Assembly: GCA_034435155.1 (NCBI GenBank)
Contig: DAOTYG010000346.1
Coordinates: forward strand, 1 to 51,050
Length of the DNA: 51,050 nucleotides
Direction of reading: 5' to 3'
Source of the DNA: Anaerolineae bacterium
GTDB lineage: Bacteria; Chloroflexota; JAHJIN01
The stretch's first letter is position 1, and each line of letters starts with the position of its first letter. Shown here one piece after another: positions 17,574 to 27,815 of the stretch. The notes below the pieces were generated by a model. It was not told the DNA's origin, ran no database searches, and saw only the letters and a program-made list of their open reading frames with translations. A program made the position numbers and the translations under genes.

Positions 17574-18425
17574 ATGATCGTTGATTTCCACACCCATATC
17601 TTTCCGCCGGACCTGTGTGCGAACCGCGACCGCTACCTGGAACGCGACCGCTGGTTCCGTACCCTATACAGCGATCCCAGGGCCAGGATGGCGACGGCCG
17701 AAGACCTGATCGCCGCCCTGGACGAGGCCGGCGTGGATATGGCGGTGACGTTCGGGTTCGCCTGGGCCGATGAGGACCTCTGCCGCGAGCACAACGATTA
17801 TGTGTTGGACGCGGTGCGCCGTTACCCCGGCCGGCTGGTCGGTTTTGCGGTGGTGCAGCCGTTGGCCGGCCACCAGGCTATGGCCGACGCCGGGCGGGCA
17901 TTGGACCAGGGGCTGCGGGGCATCGGTGAGCTGATGCCGGACGGTCAGGGGTACACCTGGGATGATGAAGCGGTGCAGCCTTTCGTCCGGTTCGTGGCCG
18001 GGCGCGGCGTGCCGCTATTGACCCACGCCAACGAGGGGCCGGGGCACGATTACCCCGGCAAGGGTGGCGTAGGCCCGGCCATGCTCTATCGCCTGGCGTT
18101 GCGCCATCCCGACCTGGTCCTGGTCTGCGCCCACTGGGGCGGCGGTCTGCCCTTCTATGAGCTGATGCCGGAGGTCCGCGCTGCCTGTCGTAACGTCTAC
18201 TACGACACCGCCGCCAGTGTCTTCCTGTACGACGATGCCATCTACCGCGTGGCCCAGGCGTGTGCGCCGGGCAAGGCCCTCTTCGGCAGCGACTACCCGC
18301 TGGTCAGGCCCGGTCGCTACCTCCGGCGCATCCGGGCGCTGGGATTACCACCAGAAGTCGAGGCCGCGCTCCTGGGCGGTATGGCAGCCCGGCTGGTGGG
18401 CCTTGCCGGAATGCGTGACGTGTGA
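17574..18425 (+). CDS. Amidohydrolase family protein (Amidohydro_2)
   Basis: DFHTH, GIGEL, LTHA, AHWGGG, YYDTAA, FGSDYP. Confidence 0.9.
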   Translation: MIVDFHTHIFPPDLCANRDRYLERDRWFRTLYSDPRARMATAEDLIAALDEAGVDMAVTFGFAWADEDLCREHNDYVLDAVRRYPGRLVGFAVVQPLAGHQAMADAGRALDQGLRGIGELMPDGQGYTWDDEAVQPFVRFVAGRGVPLLTHANEGPGHDYPGKGGVGPAMLYRLALRHPDLVLVCAHWGGGLPFYELMPEVRAACRNVYYDTAASVFLYDDAIYRVAQACAPGKALFGSDYPLVRPGRYLRRIRALGLPPEVEAALLGGMAARLVGLAGMRDV

Positions 18426-18460
18426 TAGACTTGGTGTCACCCTGCGCAGAGAGCAACATC

Positions 18461-20101
18461 ATGATCAGAGACGACATCGCTGCCCTGTTCCGCCAGGCCC
18501 TGGAAGCCGCCTGGGATGCCGGCGGTTTGCCACGCTTCCCGGTAGAGCAGGTGCCGGTTGAGCATCCGCGCCAGGCTGACCACGGCGACTATGCCACCAC
18601 CCTGGCCCTGCGGCACGCCCAAGACGCGCGCCAGAACCCCCGCGTCCTGGCCGAGACCCTGGTGCGCCACCTGCCGGCCGCCCCCTTTATCGGCCGGGTG
18701 GAGGTGGCCGGGCCGGGCTTTATCAACCTCACCCTCGCCGACGACTGGCTGGCCCAACAGGTGGAGACCATCCTGGCCGCCGGGGACCACTGGGGTGGCC
18801 TGGACCTGGGCCACGGCCGCAAAGCCCAGGTCGAGTTCGTCAGCTCCAACCCCACCGGGCCTCTCACCGTGGGCCACGGCCGGGGCGCGGCCATCGGCGA
18901 TACCCTGGCCCATCTCCTGACGGCTGCCGGCTATGAGGTGACCCGCGAATACTATTTCAACAACGCCGGCCGCCAGATGACCATCCTGGCCGATAGCGTC
19001 CGGCTGCGCTACCTGGAGCTGCTGGGTCAGCCCATTGATTTTCCCGCCGATTACTACCAGGGCGACTATATCGTGGACATCGCCCGTGTTGTGCGGGACA
19101 GATACGGCGACAGCCTGGCGAATGCCACCGATCTCACCGTCTTCAAGGAGACGGCCGAGCGGCTCATCTTTGACGAGATCCGAGCCACCCTGGAACGCCT
19201 GGGCGTCATCTTTGACGTGTACTACAACGAAGACGACCTCTACAAGACCGGCAAGGTCTGGGAGACGCTGGCCACCCTGCGCGCGCGGGGCTATATCTAC
19301 GACCAGGATGGCGCGGTCTGGTTCCGCACCAGCGCCCTGGGGGGCGAAGAAGACCGGGTGATGGTCAAAAGCGACGGCGAACCCACCTATCGCCTGCCAG
19401 ACATCGCCTATCACGTGGACAAGCTTAACCGGGGCTTTGCCCTCATTGTGGACGTACTGGGCGCAGATCACATCGCCGAGTTCCCGGACGTGATGCGGGG
19501 CCTTCGCGCTTTGGGCTACCCCACCGACGGGGTTCACCTGGTGCTGAACCAGTTCGTCACGGTGCTGCGCGACGGGCAGGTGGTCAAGATGAGCACGCGC
19601 CGGGCCAACTTTATCACCCTGGACGAGCTGATAGACGAGGCCGGCCCCGACGCCGTGCGCTACTTTATGCTGGCCCGCGCCGCTGAGAGCCACATGGAGT
19701 TCGACCTGACGCTGGCGGTAGAGCAATCGGAGCGCAACCCGGTCTATTATGTGCAATATGCCCATGCCCGCATCGCCAGCATCTTGCGTAAGGCCGGCGA
19801 GATAGACTGGCGTGACGGTGACGTGTCCCTGTTAACCCACCCGGCGGAACTGGCGCTCATCCGCCAGATGCTCTGGCTGCCGGAGGTGGTGGAGAAGGCC
19901 ATACGGGAGCTGGCCCCCCATCACCTGCCCTATTATGCCCAGGAACTGGCTACCGCTTTCCACCTTTTCTACCGCGATTGCCGGGTCCTGTCTGAGGACC
20001 AGGCCTTGACTAAGGCCCGGCTCAAGCTGGCCGCCGCGGCCCAGGTTGTCCTGGCCCGTGTCTTGAGGCTCATGGGCGTTTCGGCCCCGGAACGCATGTG
20101 A
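18461..20101 (+). CDS. argS: Arginine-tRNA ligase
   Basis: HGDY, GPGFIN, EFVSSNPTGPLTVGHGRGA (HIGH), KMSTR, NPVYYVQYAHAR, APERM end. Confidence 0.98.
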   Translation: MIRDDIAALFRQALEAAWDAGGLPRFPVEQVPVEHPRQADHGDYATTLALRHAQDARQNPRVLAETLVRHLPAAPFIGRVEVAGPGFINLTLADDWLAQQVETILAAGDHWGGLDLGHGRKAQVEFVSSNPTGPLTVGHGRGAAIGDTLAHLLTAAGYEVTREYYFNNAGRQMTILADSVRLRYLELLGQPIDFPADYYQGDYIVDIARVVRDRYGDSLANATDLTVFKETAERLIFDEIRATLERLGVIFDVYYNEDDLYKTGKVWETLATLRARGYIYDQDGAVWFRTSALGGEEDRVMVKSDGEPTYRLPDIAYHVDKLNRGFALIVDVLGADHIAEFPDVMRGLRALGYPTDGVHLVLNQFVTVLRDGQVVKMSTRRANFITLDELIDEAGPDAVRYFMLARAAESHMEFDLTLAVEQSERNPVYYVQYAHARIASILRKAGEIDWRDGDVSLLTHPAELALIRQMLWLPEVVEKAIRELAPHHLPYYAQELATAFHLFYRDCRVLSEDQALTKARLKLAAAAQVVLARVLRLMGVSAPERM

Positions 20102-20102
20102 G

Positions 20103-20460
20103 TTGCCCACGCTCGCGCGGGGTGTGCCACCCCGCGCTGGCGGCGGGTCGCATTCCCTGCGGTCGCCACCGCGAGCAGTGGGCTATCTTATGCTTACCTC
20201 GTGCCCACGCTCCGCGTGGGCACGCAGCAACCGCCTGCTCACAGGGCATAGACAGTTACAGCCAGGCGTTCCTGGCCGCGCAACTCGGCGTTTCGCACCC
20301 ACGCAGAGCCGTTTCGCACCCACTCAGAGCGTGGGTGCGAGCAACAGATCCATTGCCTCGTGCCCACGCTCAGCGTGGGCACGAAGCAGGCGAGACGGCC
20401 CTGACCGCGCGACCCGGCGTTTCGCACCCACGCAGAGCGTGGGTGCGAGCAAGGGGGGGA
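20103..20460. repeat. Composite REP cluster (inverted copies of the 7750 and 4868 families)
   Basis: Four or more CCCAC(G/T)C...GCGTGGG palindromes; inverse of 4870-4920 and 7750-7812. Confidence 0.8.
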
Positions 20461-20515
20461 CCGCGCCAGCGGGACCCGCCGCGAGCCAGGCAGGGGGGTA
20501 TTTACGGAGGAGACC

Positions 20516-21706
20516 TTGTTTGCCTACCGTAGACCGGAAATGACAGCCTGGGTAGTGCTATGGAGCGCCTTTGGCATTTGGTTGCTCCTTTGCGCCGCCT
20601 GTGTCCTGACCGGTTTTTGGTATGTAGACACGGCGGCGGAGGCGCAGCCGGCCGTCCTGGAGGTCTGGGGTGGAACCGTGGCGGTACGCGCCTCCGGTTC
20701 CAAAGACTGGACCGTGGTCACGGAACGGCAGATCACTATCCGGGAAGGCGACAGCGTGGAGACCCGGGCTGCTTCTCGCGCCTTGATCACGACGTTTGAT
20801 AACAGCACTGTGACGCTGTTCCCCCAGACGCGGGTCACGGTGCAACAGTCGAGCACTCCACGGTATAAAAGCCCGGTCTACCTGATAGTGTTAACTGTAG
20901 ATGCTGGCGTGACGCGCATCGGTGTGGCGCCGCCCCGCGAGGGGGTATCCCGGCGATTCACCGTGATCACACCCCAGGCCACTCACGAACTGACGGAGGG
21001 TAGCTACCGGGTAGAAGTGGGGGATATTGTCAGCGCCATCTCGGTGCGCCAGGGTCAGGTCGTAATCTCGGCTCAGGGCACAGCGGTGTCGTTGAGCCGG
21101 GGGCAACGCGGCGAGGTTCTGGTGGGCCAAAGCCCTTCCATCCCTAAACCAGCCGAGCAGGAATTGCTGGTCAACGGCGATTTCAGCCAGGGTTTTGAGG
21201 GCTGGCAACTGGCTGATACGGCCATCAGTGGCGCAGAGGGCCGGATCACGCTGACCAGGTCCGAGGGGCGGACGGTGGTGCGCTTTGCACGCCGGGGCAG
21301 CGAAGGTGGGCACGGCGAGAGCGTTATAGGCCAGGTGGTGGGCAAGGACGTGACCGATTTCTTGCGCCTGCGCCTGGCGGTGGATGTGAAAGTGATCTAT
21401 CAGAGCCTGCCCGGGGGCGGGGTCATGGGTTCCGAGCATCCTATCGCCGTGCGGATCCGCTACCGGACCGGGTCCGATCAGGTGGATCGGATCTGGTATC
21501 ATGGCTTCTACTATCTGGTGGATGATAACAGCCCGGCCGGCCCGGCCGATAGGGTCCCCCAAAGCGACTGGCAACACTTTGAGTTCAACCTCTATGACCC
21601 GGAGATCATGCCTCTGCGCCCATCGGAGATCCTCACCTTTGAGGTTTTGGCTTCCGGGCACGACTATGAGAGTCTGGTGGGGGAGGTAAGCCTGGTGGGC
21701 GAATAG
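20516..21706 (+). CDS. Membrane-anchored FecR-domain protein with C-terminal jelly-roll/CBM-like domain
   Basis: N-terminal TM; GDSVET, FDNSTVTLFPQT, VITP.A (FecR-like); L.NGDFSQG..GW (CBM-like). Confidence 0.7.
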   Translation: MFAYRRPEMTAWVVLWSAFGIWLLLCAACVLTGFWYVDTAAEAQPAVLEVWGGTVAVRASGSKDWTVVTERQITIREGDSVETRAASRALITTFDNSTVTLFPQTRVTVQQSSTPRYKSPVYLIVLTVDAGVTRIGVAPPREGVSRRFTVITPQATHELTEGSYRVEVGDIVSAISVRQGQVVISAQGTAVSLSRGQRGEVLVGQSPSIPKPAEQELLVNGDFSQGFEGWQLADTAISGAEGRITLTRSEGRTVVRFARRGSEGGHGESVIGQVVGKDVTDFLRLRLAVDVKVIYQSLPGGGVMGSEHPIAVRIRYRTGSDQVDRIWYHGFYYLVDDNSPAGPADRVPQSDWQHFEFNLYDPEIMPLRPSEILTFEVLASGHDYESLVGEVSLVGE

Positions 21707-21717
21707 CTGGGGAAAAG

Positions 21718-21800
21718 GTAATTGCCCACCCTGTACCCTCCCGCAGGTTAATACTATCTCCTCAGAATGACGAAATGCGGTTGTAGTAATAGGCAGTTAC
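21718..21800. mobile_element. Short MITE family A copy
   Basis: GTAATTGC...GCAGTTAC ends; flanks GGGAAAAG / GGGAAAGG (7 of 8 match). Confidence 0.7.
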
Positions 21801-21815
21801 GGGAAAGGAAAGGAC

Positions 21816-21863
21816 GAGGGTTTGGTGGTCGGGGCGATTGACTACCAAACCCTCTTTCTTTCT
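21816..21863 (+). terminator. Intrinsic terminator (possibly bidirectional)
   Basis: GAGGGTTTGGTGGTC/GACTACCAAACCCTC stem followed by TTTCTTTCT. Confidence 0.75.
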
Positions 21864-22035
21864 CCCCCTGGCCCAGACGCCAGGGAGTAACCACTGACCC
21901 GTTACGACAGGGGGTCTATCGAGGTACTACCAGGGTCGTAAACTGAAACCAGACCTGTGCCCGATTGTGCTGCCATGCTCCCCATATTATACTGCTGCTC
22001 AGCAGCAAGCAAACCCGTCGTTGAGGAGGGCGGGC

Positions 22036-22284
22036 GTGTCTATCGTTCCCAGGGGTCTTATTGTCCAGTTGCACAATCGGGGGCTGGCCGATAACGAGAT
22101 CGCGCGCCAGATGAAGCAAAGCCCGGATGTGGTAAGCTCATGCATCAATGATTATGAGCGGGTGGTGTCCCTGTTGGGGCAGGGCTACACGGTAGATGAG
22201 ATCGGGGCGGCCACAGGCATCCCGCGGGCGGTGGCCCTGGAGTACCTGAGCCTGGCTTATCGCTTCAATCCGCACCTGAAGTAA
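22036..22284 (+). CDS. Small tandem-HTH protein resembling the DUF1670 C-terminal region
   Basis: SD GAGGAGG + GTG; G....EIAR.M.QS...V...I.DYERV..L...G....EI...TGI....A.EY pattern. Confidence 0.6.
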   Translation: MSIVPRGLIVQLHNRGLADNEIARQMKQSPDVVSSCINDYERVVSLLGQGYTVDEIGAATGIPRAVALEYLSLAYRFNPHLK

Positions 22285-22362
22285 AGGCGGGTGCTCTACC
22301 AGGGGTTCAGTCAGTGGCGCCCACCAGGTATGGCCCGCCCAAGTCTGATGCCCTCTACCAGA

Positions 22363-22399
22363 CCACGGGGCCGGCGAAGGCGATTCGCCGGCCCCGTGG
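22363..22399. terminator. GC-rich hairpin between convergent genes
   Basis: CCACGGGGCCGGCGAA-GGCGA-TTCGCCGGCCCCGTGG. Confidence 0.55.
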
Positions 22400-22456
22400 C
22401 ATGGTTGGAACAGTGAACGCAGCGACCTGGCTCATCGGCGAGGGGGACAAAGGTAG

Positions 22457-24907
22457 TTACTTATCGGCTGGTTCCATCGCCCGGAAGCGTAGGCCCTGAC
22501 CAGTCTCGTCCCGCTCCACATGTACTGTGTCACCGGGGTGAATCTGGCCGGCCAGCAACTTCTCTGACAGGGGGTCTTCCACCAGGGTCTGGATCACCCG
22601 GCGCAGGGGTCTGGCCCCCAGGTGTGGGTCGTAGCCTTTGTCGGCCAGCAACTCGCGGGCCTCATCGCTGACCACCAGGGTCAGGTTATGTTCGCGCAGG
22701 CGTTCGTTCACATCCCGCAGCATCAGCTCGGCGATCTGGAGGATGTCAGCCCGAGACAGGGCCCGGAACACGATCACCGCGTCCAGGCGGTTGAGGAACT
22801 CGGGTCGGAAGGTGCGCTTGAGCTGGTCCATGAGCGTCTCGCGCATCTTCTCATAGTCGGCTGCGGCCCGCTGGGCCTCGTTGCGGCGGGTAGTGAAGCC
22901 CAGTTGAGTCTCCCGGCTGATCAATTCGGCCCCGATGTTGGAGGTCATGAGGATGATGGTATTGCGAAAGTCCACCCGCCGGCCCTTCGCATCGCTCAGG
23001 TGGCCGTCTTCCAGGATCTGGAGCAGGATGTTCCAGACCTCTGGGTGGGCCTTTTCCACCTCATCGAAGCAGACCACGCTGTAGGACTTGCGGCGCACGG
23101 CCTCGGTGAGCTGGCCGGCATCCTCGTAGCCGATGTAGCCGGGGGGTGCGCCGATGAGCCGGGCCGTGGTGTGCCGCTCCTGGAACTCGCTCATGTCGAG
23201 CTGGATGAGGGCCTCCTCGCTGCCAAAGAGGAACTCGGCCAGGGCTTTGGCCAGCTCGGTCTTGCCCACGCCGGTGGGGCCGAGGAAGATGAAGGAGCCG
23301 ATAGGCCGGCGGGGGTCTTTGAGGCCGGCCCGGGCGCGGCGCACCGACCGGGCGATGGTGGTGATGGCCTCGTCTTGCCCCACGATACGCCGGTGCAGGG
23401 CCTCTTCCATCTGCAAGAGCCGTTCGGATTCCTCGCCAGCGATGCGCGTAACCGGGATGCCGGTCCACATGCTGACGATCTCGGCCACGTGCTCCTTGTT
23501 CACCCGGGGCAGTTCTGTCAGACGGAGTTCGCCTCGCTCCAGGGCCGTGATCGCGGCCCGCAGTTCCTGTTCCCGTTGGTCCAGGTCGGCCAGGCGTTGG
23601 TAATCTTGGGCTGAGAGGGCTGCTTCGCGTTCGCGCAGCAACGTTGCCAGGTCATGCTGGCAACGCTTCAAACTGGGCTCACCACGCTGGAAGAGACGCA
23701 CCCGGGCTGCCGCTTCATCAATCAGGTCAATGGCCTTATCGGGCAGATACCGATCCGGCACATAGCGGGCCGAAAGGGCTGCCGCGGATTCCACGGCGTC
23801 ATCAGTGATATACAGGTTGTGATGGGCCTCGTAGCGGCCCTTGATGCCCCGCAGGATCTCCACCGTCTCCTCAATCGTCGGTTCTTCCACCAGGATGGGC
23901 TGGAAGCGACGTTCCAGGGCCACATCACGTTCCACGTATTTGCGGTATTCGTCCAGGGTGGTGGCCCCGATGCACTGCAACTCGCCCCGGGCCAGGGCTG
24001 GCTTGAGGATGTTGGCGGCGTCCAAAGCCCCTTCAGCGGCGCCGGCGCCGATGAGGGTATGTAGTTCATCAATGAAGAGGATGCTGCCGCTGTGCCGGAT
24101 CTCATCCACGATGTGTTTGATGCGCTCCTCAAAGTCGCCCCGGTAGCGGGTGCCGGCGACCAGGCGGCCCAGGTCCAGCATGACCAGGCGTTTGCCCAGC
24201 AGGGTGTCCGGCACGTCGCCGACCACGATGCGCTGGGCCAACCCCTCCACGATGGCGGTCTTGCCCACGCCCGGTTCGCCAACCAGGGCCGGGTTGTTCT
24301 TGGTGCGGCGGGAGAGCACCTGCATCACCCGTTCGATCTCGCTCTGCCGCCCGATCACCGGGTCCAACTGCCCGTTACGCGCGGCGGCCGTCAGGTCTAT
24401 CCCCAGGTGATCCAGGTAAGGGGTGGAAGAGGTCTCGCGGGTCTCGACGCGTTTCTCCCGCGAGCCGTGGCCGATCATCTCCAGGACTTTGGCCCGCATC
24501 CCCCGCGCCGAGACCCCCAGGCTCTCCAGGATGCCCACGGCGATGCCTTCTTCCTCACGCAACAGGCCCAGCAACAGGTGCTCGGTCCCGATGTACCGAT
24601 ACCCCATTTGCCGGGCCTCTTCTACCGCATATTCGATGACTTTTTTGGTGCGCGGGGTCAGGGTCGGCTCACTGCGGGTCGGACCAGACTCTTTACCGAC
24701 TACAAACTCCACCGCCTCGCGGGTCCGCTCCAGATGGATGTCCATCTCCGCCAGGGCCTGGGCGGCCAGGCCCCGGCCCTCAGCCAGCAGACCCAGGAGC
24801 AGGTGTTCTGTGCCGATGTAGTTATGTCCCATGCGCCGGGCTTCCTCTTGGGCCAGGCGTAACGCCTGCCGGGCCCGGTCACTGAACTTGTCTAGTCCGC
24901 TACCCAT
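22457..24907 (-). CDS. clpC: ATP-dependent Clp protease ATP-binding subunit ClpC
   Basis: Clp-N repeats, [17 protein letters not shown] coil, [32 protein letters not shown]. Confidence 0.96.
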   Translation of the reverse strand: MGSGLDKFSDRARQALRLAQEEARRMGHNYIGTEHLLLGLLAEGRGLAAQALAEMDIHLERTREAVEFVVGKESGPTRSEPTLTPRTKKVIEYAVEEARQMGYRYIGTEHLLLGLLREEEGIAVGILESLGVSARGMRAKVLEMIGHGSREKRVETRETSSTPYLDHLGIDLTAAARNGQLDPVIGRQSEIERVMQVLSRRTKNNPALVGEPGVGKTAIVEGLAQRIVVGDVPDTLLGKRLVMLDLGRLVAGTRYRGDFEERIKHIVDEIRHSGSILFIDELHTLIGAGAAEGALDAANILKPALARGELQCIGATTLDEYRKYVERDVALERRFQPILVEEPTIEETVEILRGIKGRYEAHHNLYITDDAVESAAALSARYVPDRYLPDKAIDLIDEAAARVRLFQRGEPSLKRCQHDLATLLREREAALSAQDYQRLADLDQREQELRAAITALERGELRLTELPRVNKEHVAEIVSMWTGIPVTRIAGEESERLLQMEEALHRRIVGQDEAITTIARSVRRARAGLKDPRRPIGSFIFLGPTGVGKTELAKALAEFLFGSEEALIQLDMSEFQERHTTARLIGAPPGYIGYEDAGQLTEAVRRKSYSVVCFDEVEKAHPEVWNILLQILEDGHLSDAKGRRVDFRNTIILMTSNIGAELISRETQLGFTTRRNEAQRAAADYEKMRETLMDQLKRTFRPEFLNRLDAVIVFRALSRADILQIAELMLRDVNERLREHNLTLVVSDEARELLADKGYDPHLGARPLRRVIQTLVEDPLSEKLLAGQIHPGDTVHVERDETGQGLRFRAMEPADK

Positions 24908-24993
24908 GACCTTCCCTCCGCTGACCTGGCGTATCCAGGCTGTACTTTTTCCTGCCTTGTAGCGAGCGTGGTGAGCGCAGTTCACAGGTAGGG

Positions 24994-25116
24994 GTAAGAG
25001 CCTACCCTCCCGCAGGTTGGGGCGCTCTGGCTAGACCAGAGCACGCCCAGATGACCGGCTGCATCGCTTGCCAGCCCCTTTCTAACCTGCGGGAGGGTAG
25101 CCGGGTAGGCAGTTAC
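24994..25116. mobile_element. MITE family A copy (subtype 2)
   Basis: CCCTCCCGCAGGTTGGGGCGC...AACCTGCGGGAGGG...GCAGTTAC. Confidence 0.7.
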
Positions 25117-25177
25117 GTTGGGTGATAAAGTCCCACGTACAGGCCAGCATGTAATTCGCTGGCTTATGATACGGTGG

Positions 25178-26611
25178 TCATACCTGACTGGGCAGGCTGT
25201 CTGGCCGGGAGGTCTCGGCCTGAACGACCGCCCGCGCCGGCCCGGCCGGCGTAGCGGGCAACGCACGTTGATATTCCAGGAGCTGCTCTTGCCATTCGCT
25301 CAGGAGATCTTCTTCCTTTTCCTGGGGGGGTTCTGGTTCAGGAGGCGCAGCCCGCCGCCGGCGCCTGCGCCCGCCCTGTTTGGTCAGCGCTTCCGGTGTG
25401 GGGATGTCTTCTATCTCCGCCTCATCTTCCGTCGTCTCTTCCAACTGCTTCAGGCTCAACCGCATCCGTCGCCGGGCGCTGTCAATGCGGATGATGCGAA
25501 ACTCGCGTTCCTCCCCCTCCTGGACTACCTCGCGGGGGTGTTGGATATGGCGTGATGATAGCTCCGAGATGTGGATCAGGCCCTCGACCCCTTCCTCCAG
25601 CCGCACAAAGGCGCCGAAGGAGGCCAGCTTGGTGATCCGGCCCTTCACGACTTGCCCGACCTGATAACGCTGCTGGATGTTGAGCCACGGCTCGGCCCTG
25701 GTACGCTTGATGCTCAGGGCGATCCGTTTGCGCTCCCGGTCCACGTTCAATACATAGACATCCACCACATCGCCCACTTTGAACATCTCGCGGGGGTGAG
25801 TCACCTGTTCCCAGGCCAGCTCGGACAGGTGTACCAACCCATCGGCTCCGCCAATGTCCACGAAAACGCCGAAATCGCACAGGCCACTGATGCGCCCTTT
25901 GCGGATCTCCCCTTCGTGCAGGTTTTCCAGCAACTGGGCGCGTTCCTTCTCCTGCCATTCGCGCATGGCCGTGCGTTCTGACAAGATCAGGCGGTTGTTG
26001 TCCCGATCCAACTCGATGATCTTGAGCTTGAGGGTCCGGCCCACCAGTTTGGAGAGCTGCTTCATACGCTCTTCCGGCTTGCTATTGCTGGTGATACGCT
26101 GGTCTAGTTGCGTGGCCGGGATGAACCCGCGGACCTCTCCCAAACGCACGATCAGGCCACCTTTGTTGTAGCCCACCACTTGCAGGTCCAGGAGTTCCTG
26201 GTTCTCGAATCTTTGCTGGGCGGCGCGCCAATCGCGTTCAGCCTGGGCGCGGGCCAGGGACAGGACAGCATGACCATCTTTGTTGGCCGGCTGAATTACA
26301 TAGACCAGGACGTGGTCCCCGACCCGGGGACAGGTGGCGGGATCGCGTTGCAGTTGCTCCACCTCAGTGGGATGGATAAAGCCGTCTAGCTTGGCCCCGA
26401 TGTCCACCAGGATGGCCCCGGGGTCCACCTGGACCACCTCGCCTTCCACGACCTGCCCCCGTTTGAGACGGCTGACTAACGGCGTCTCTACCTCTTCCAG
26501 CAGATCGCTCATGGTGATGGCTTCGCGGGTCTCGGTTTCTTCCTCCGCTGGCCCGCCTTCGTCAAGCACGTACTCCTCGCTTGAGTTCTGCTCCTCGTAG
26601 TATTCCTCCAT
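25178..26611 (-). CDS. rpsA: 30S ribosomal protein S1
   Basis: Four S1 repeats (GFIP, FGVFVD.G..DGLVH.SE, FGAFV.L..GVEGLIH.SE). Confidence 0.93.
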   Translation of the reverse strand: MEEYYEEQNSSEEYVLDEGGPAEEETETREAITMSDLLEEVETPLVSRLKRGQVVEGEVVQVDPGAILVDIGAKLDGFIHPTEVEQLQRDPATCPRVGDHVLVYVIQPANKDGHAVLSLARAQAERDWRAAQQRFENQELLDLQVVGYNKGGLIVRLGEVRGFIPATQLDQRITSNSKPEERMKQLSKLVGRTLKLKIIELDRDNNRLILSERTAMREWQEKERAQLLENLHEGEIRKGRISGLCDFGVFVDIGGADGLVHLSELAWEQVTHPREMFKVGDVVDVYVLNVDRERKRIALSIKRTRAEPWLNIQQRYQVGQVVKGRITKLASFGAFVRLEEGVEGLIHISELSSRHIQHPREVVQEGEEREFRIIRIDSARRRMRLSLKQLEETTEDEAEIEDIPTPEALTKQGGRRRRRRAAPPEPEPPQEKEEDLLSEWQEQLLEYQRALPATPAGPARAVVQAETSRPDSLPSQV

Positions 26612-26877
26612 AGATCCTCATACCCCTTGTGTGTAATTTGCCGGCCCCCGCGGGCACGGCCGCCACGAAACGCCTGTGCGTTCTTATTATACCTGATCTC
26701 ACTGCAAAAAGCAAAGACGGTGGTCACTCTGTGGATAAACCTGCTTCCCCCGCAGGGGAGAGGGGTTTTTAGGGGTTTGGCGATGGCTTCGTCACCAAAC
26801 CCCATACCCCGGGGGCAGGGAGCTAGGAGTATCCCTGCTCGGGCCTGGAGCTTATAATCAAAGACAGCCCCTGGCGG

Positions 26878-27801
26878 TTAACTGCCAGGCGAACGGACCA
26901 GGCGCAAGAATACGAACAGTGCCGGTGCTCCCAGGCTCCCCCAGACCCCCATGAGTCCATAGCGCAGGAACGCTTCCCAGTCGGCCGACATGCCTGGTAT
27001 CAGGCTGAATAGCGGTTTCAAGGCCAGGCGCAGGATGATCAGGCCAGCCAGGCCGATGATGATCTTGAGCAGGTGTTTCCACCAGGCCACACCCCGGGGC
27101 TGAAAGCGCACATAGCGCCGCTCTAGCAGGTAGCCGATGCTGATCCCGGTCACCACGCCCAGGGCATGGGCATCGGTATCCACTGTCCCCGGCGTGGCGG
27201 TCTGTTGGGCCACTATCAGGAGTGCCAGCGGGATGAGCAGGCTGAGGAGGAGCGCCGCCCATAGGGGCAGGGACCACCCGCGCCGGTCCCAGAGGCTCCA
27301 GATGCCGCCAGCAGCAAGCAGAAACACCAGGCCCACCAGGAACCCTCCCACCACGTCTTGCGGCCAATGCAGGCCCAGATAGACCCGGGAGAGGGCCACC
27401 AGCAGCACCATGAGGCTGGCTAACGCCCACCCTAAAGGTCTCCACCAGCCCTGCGCAATCTGGCGGGCCAGGTAAAACCAGAACACCGTGGCGTTCTGCG
27501 TGTGGCCGCTGGGCCAGGCATAGCCGCCGCCGGTGTCTGTCATTAGCGACCGCACACGGTGATCCACCAGATAAGGCCGCGTGGTCTGGAAAAAGTCTTT
27601 GAGCAGACCATTGGTATAGACAGAGAGCAGAAACACCATCACCAGGTGCCACCCTATCCGTACCTCGTAGCACCACAAGACGAGAGGCAAGGCGATGAGG
27701 AAGAACTCTTCTGAGGCAGTGTTGGTGACCAGGCCAAAGAAGGCATCCAGGGCCGGGCTGGCGAAATTTTGGAGCCAAAGGATAACGTCAACAGGGTTCA
27801 T
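26878..27801 (-). CDS. PAP2-family membrane phosphatase
   Basis: K.....RP, PSGH, SRVYLGLHWPQD; multi-TM. Confidence 0.92.
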   Translation of the reverse strand: MNPVDVILWLQNFASPALDAFFGLVTNTASEEFFLIALPLVLWCYEVRIGWHLVMVFLLSVYTNGLLKDFFQTTRPYLVDHRVRSLMTDTGGGYAWPSGHTQNATVFWFYLARQIAQGWWRPLGWALASLMVLLVALSRVYLGLHWPQDVVGGFLVGLVFLLAAGGIWSLWDRRGWSLPLWAALLLSLLIPLALLIVAQQTATPGTVDTDAHALGVVTGISIGYLLERRYVRFQPRGVAWWKHLLKIIIGLAGLIILRLALKPLFSLIPGMSADWEAFLRYGLMGVWGSLGAPALFVFLRLVRSPGS

Positions 27802-27815
27802 GGGTCAATCCCCTC

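Noticed and set aside
21884-21960. Resemblance to yybP-ykoY (GGGAGTA...AGACC) or ZTP riboswitch
   Set aside because: Required pairings (GAGUAGCC/GGCGAGAC; CGCCUGGG pseudoknot) are absent; kept only as an unassigned ncRNA candidate
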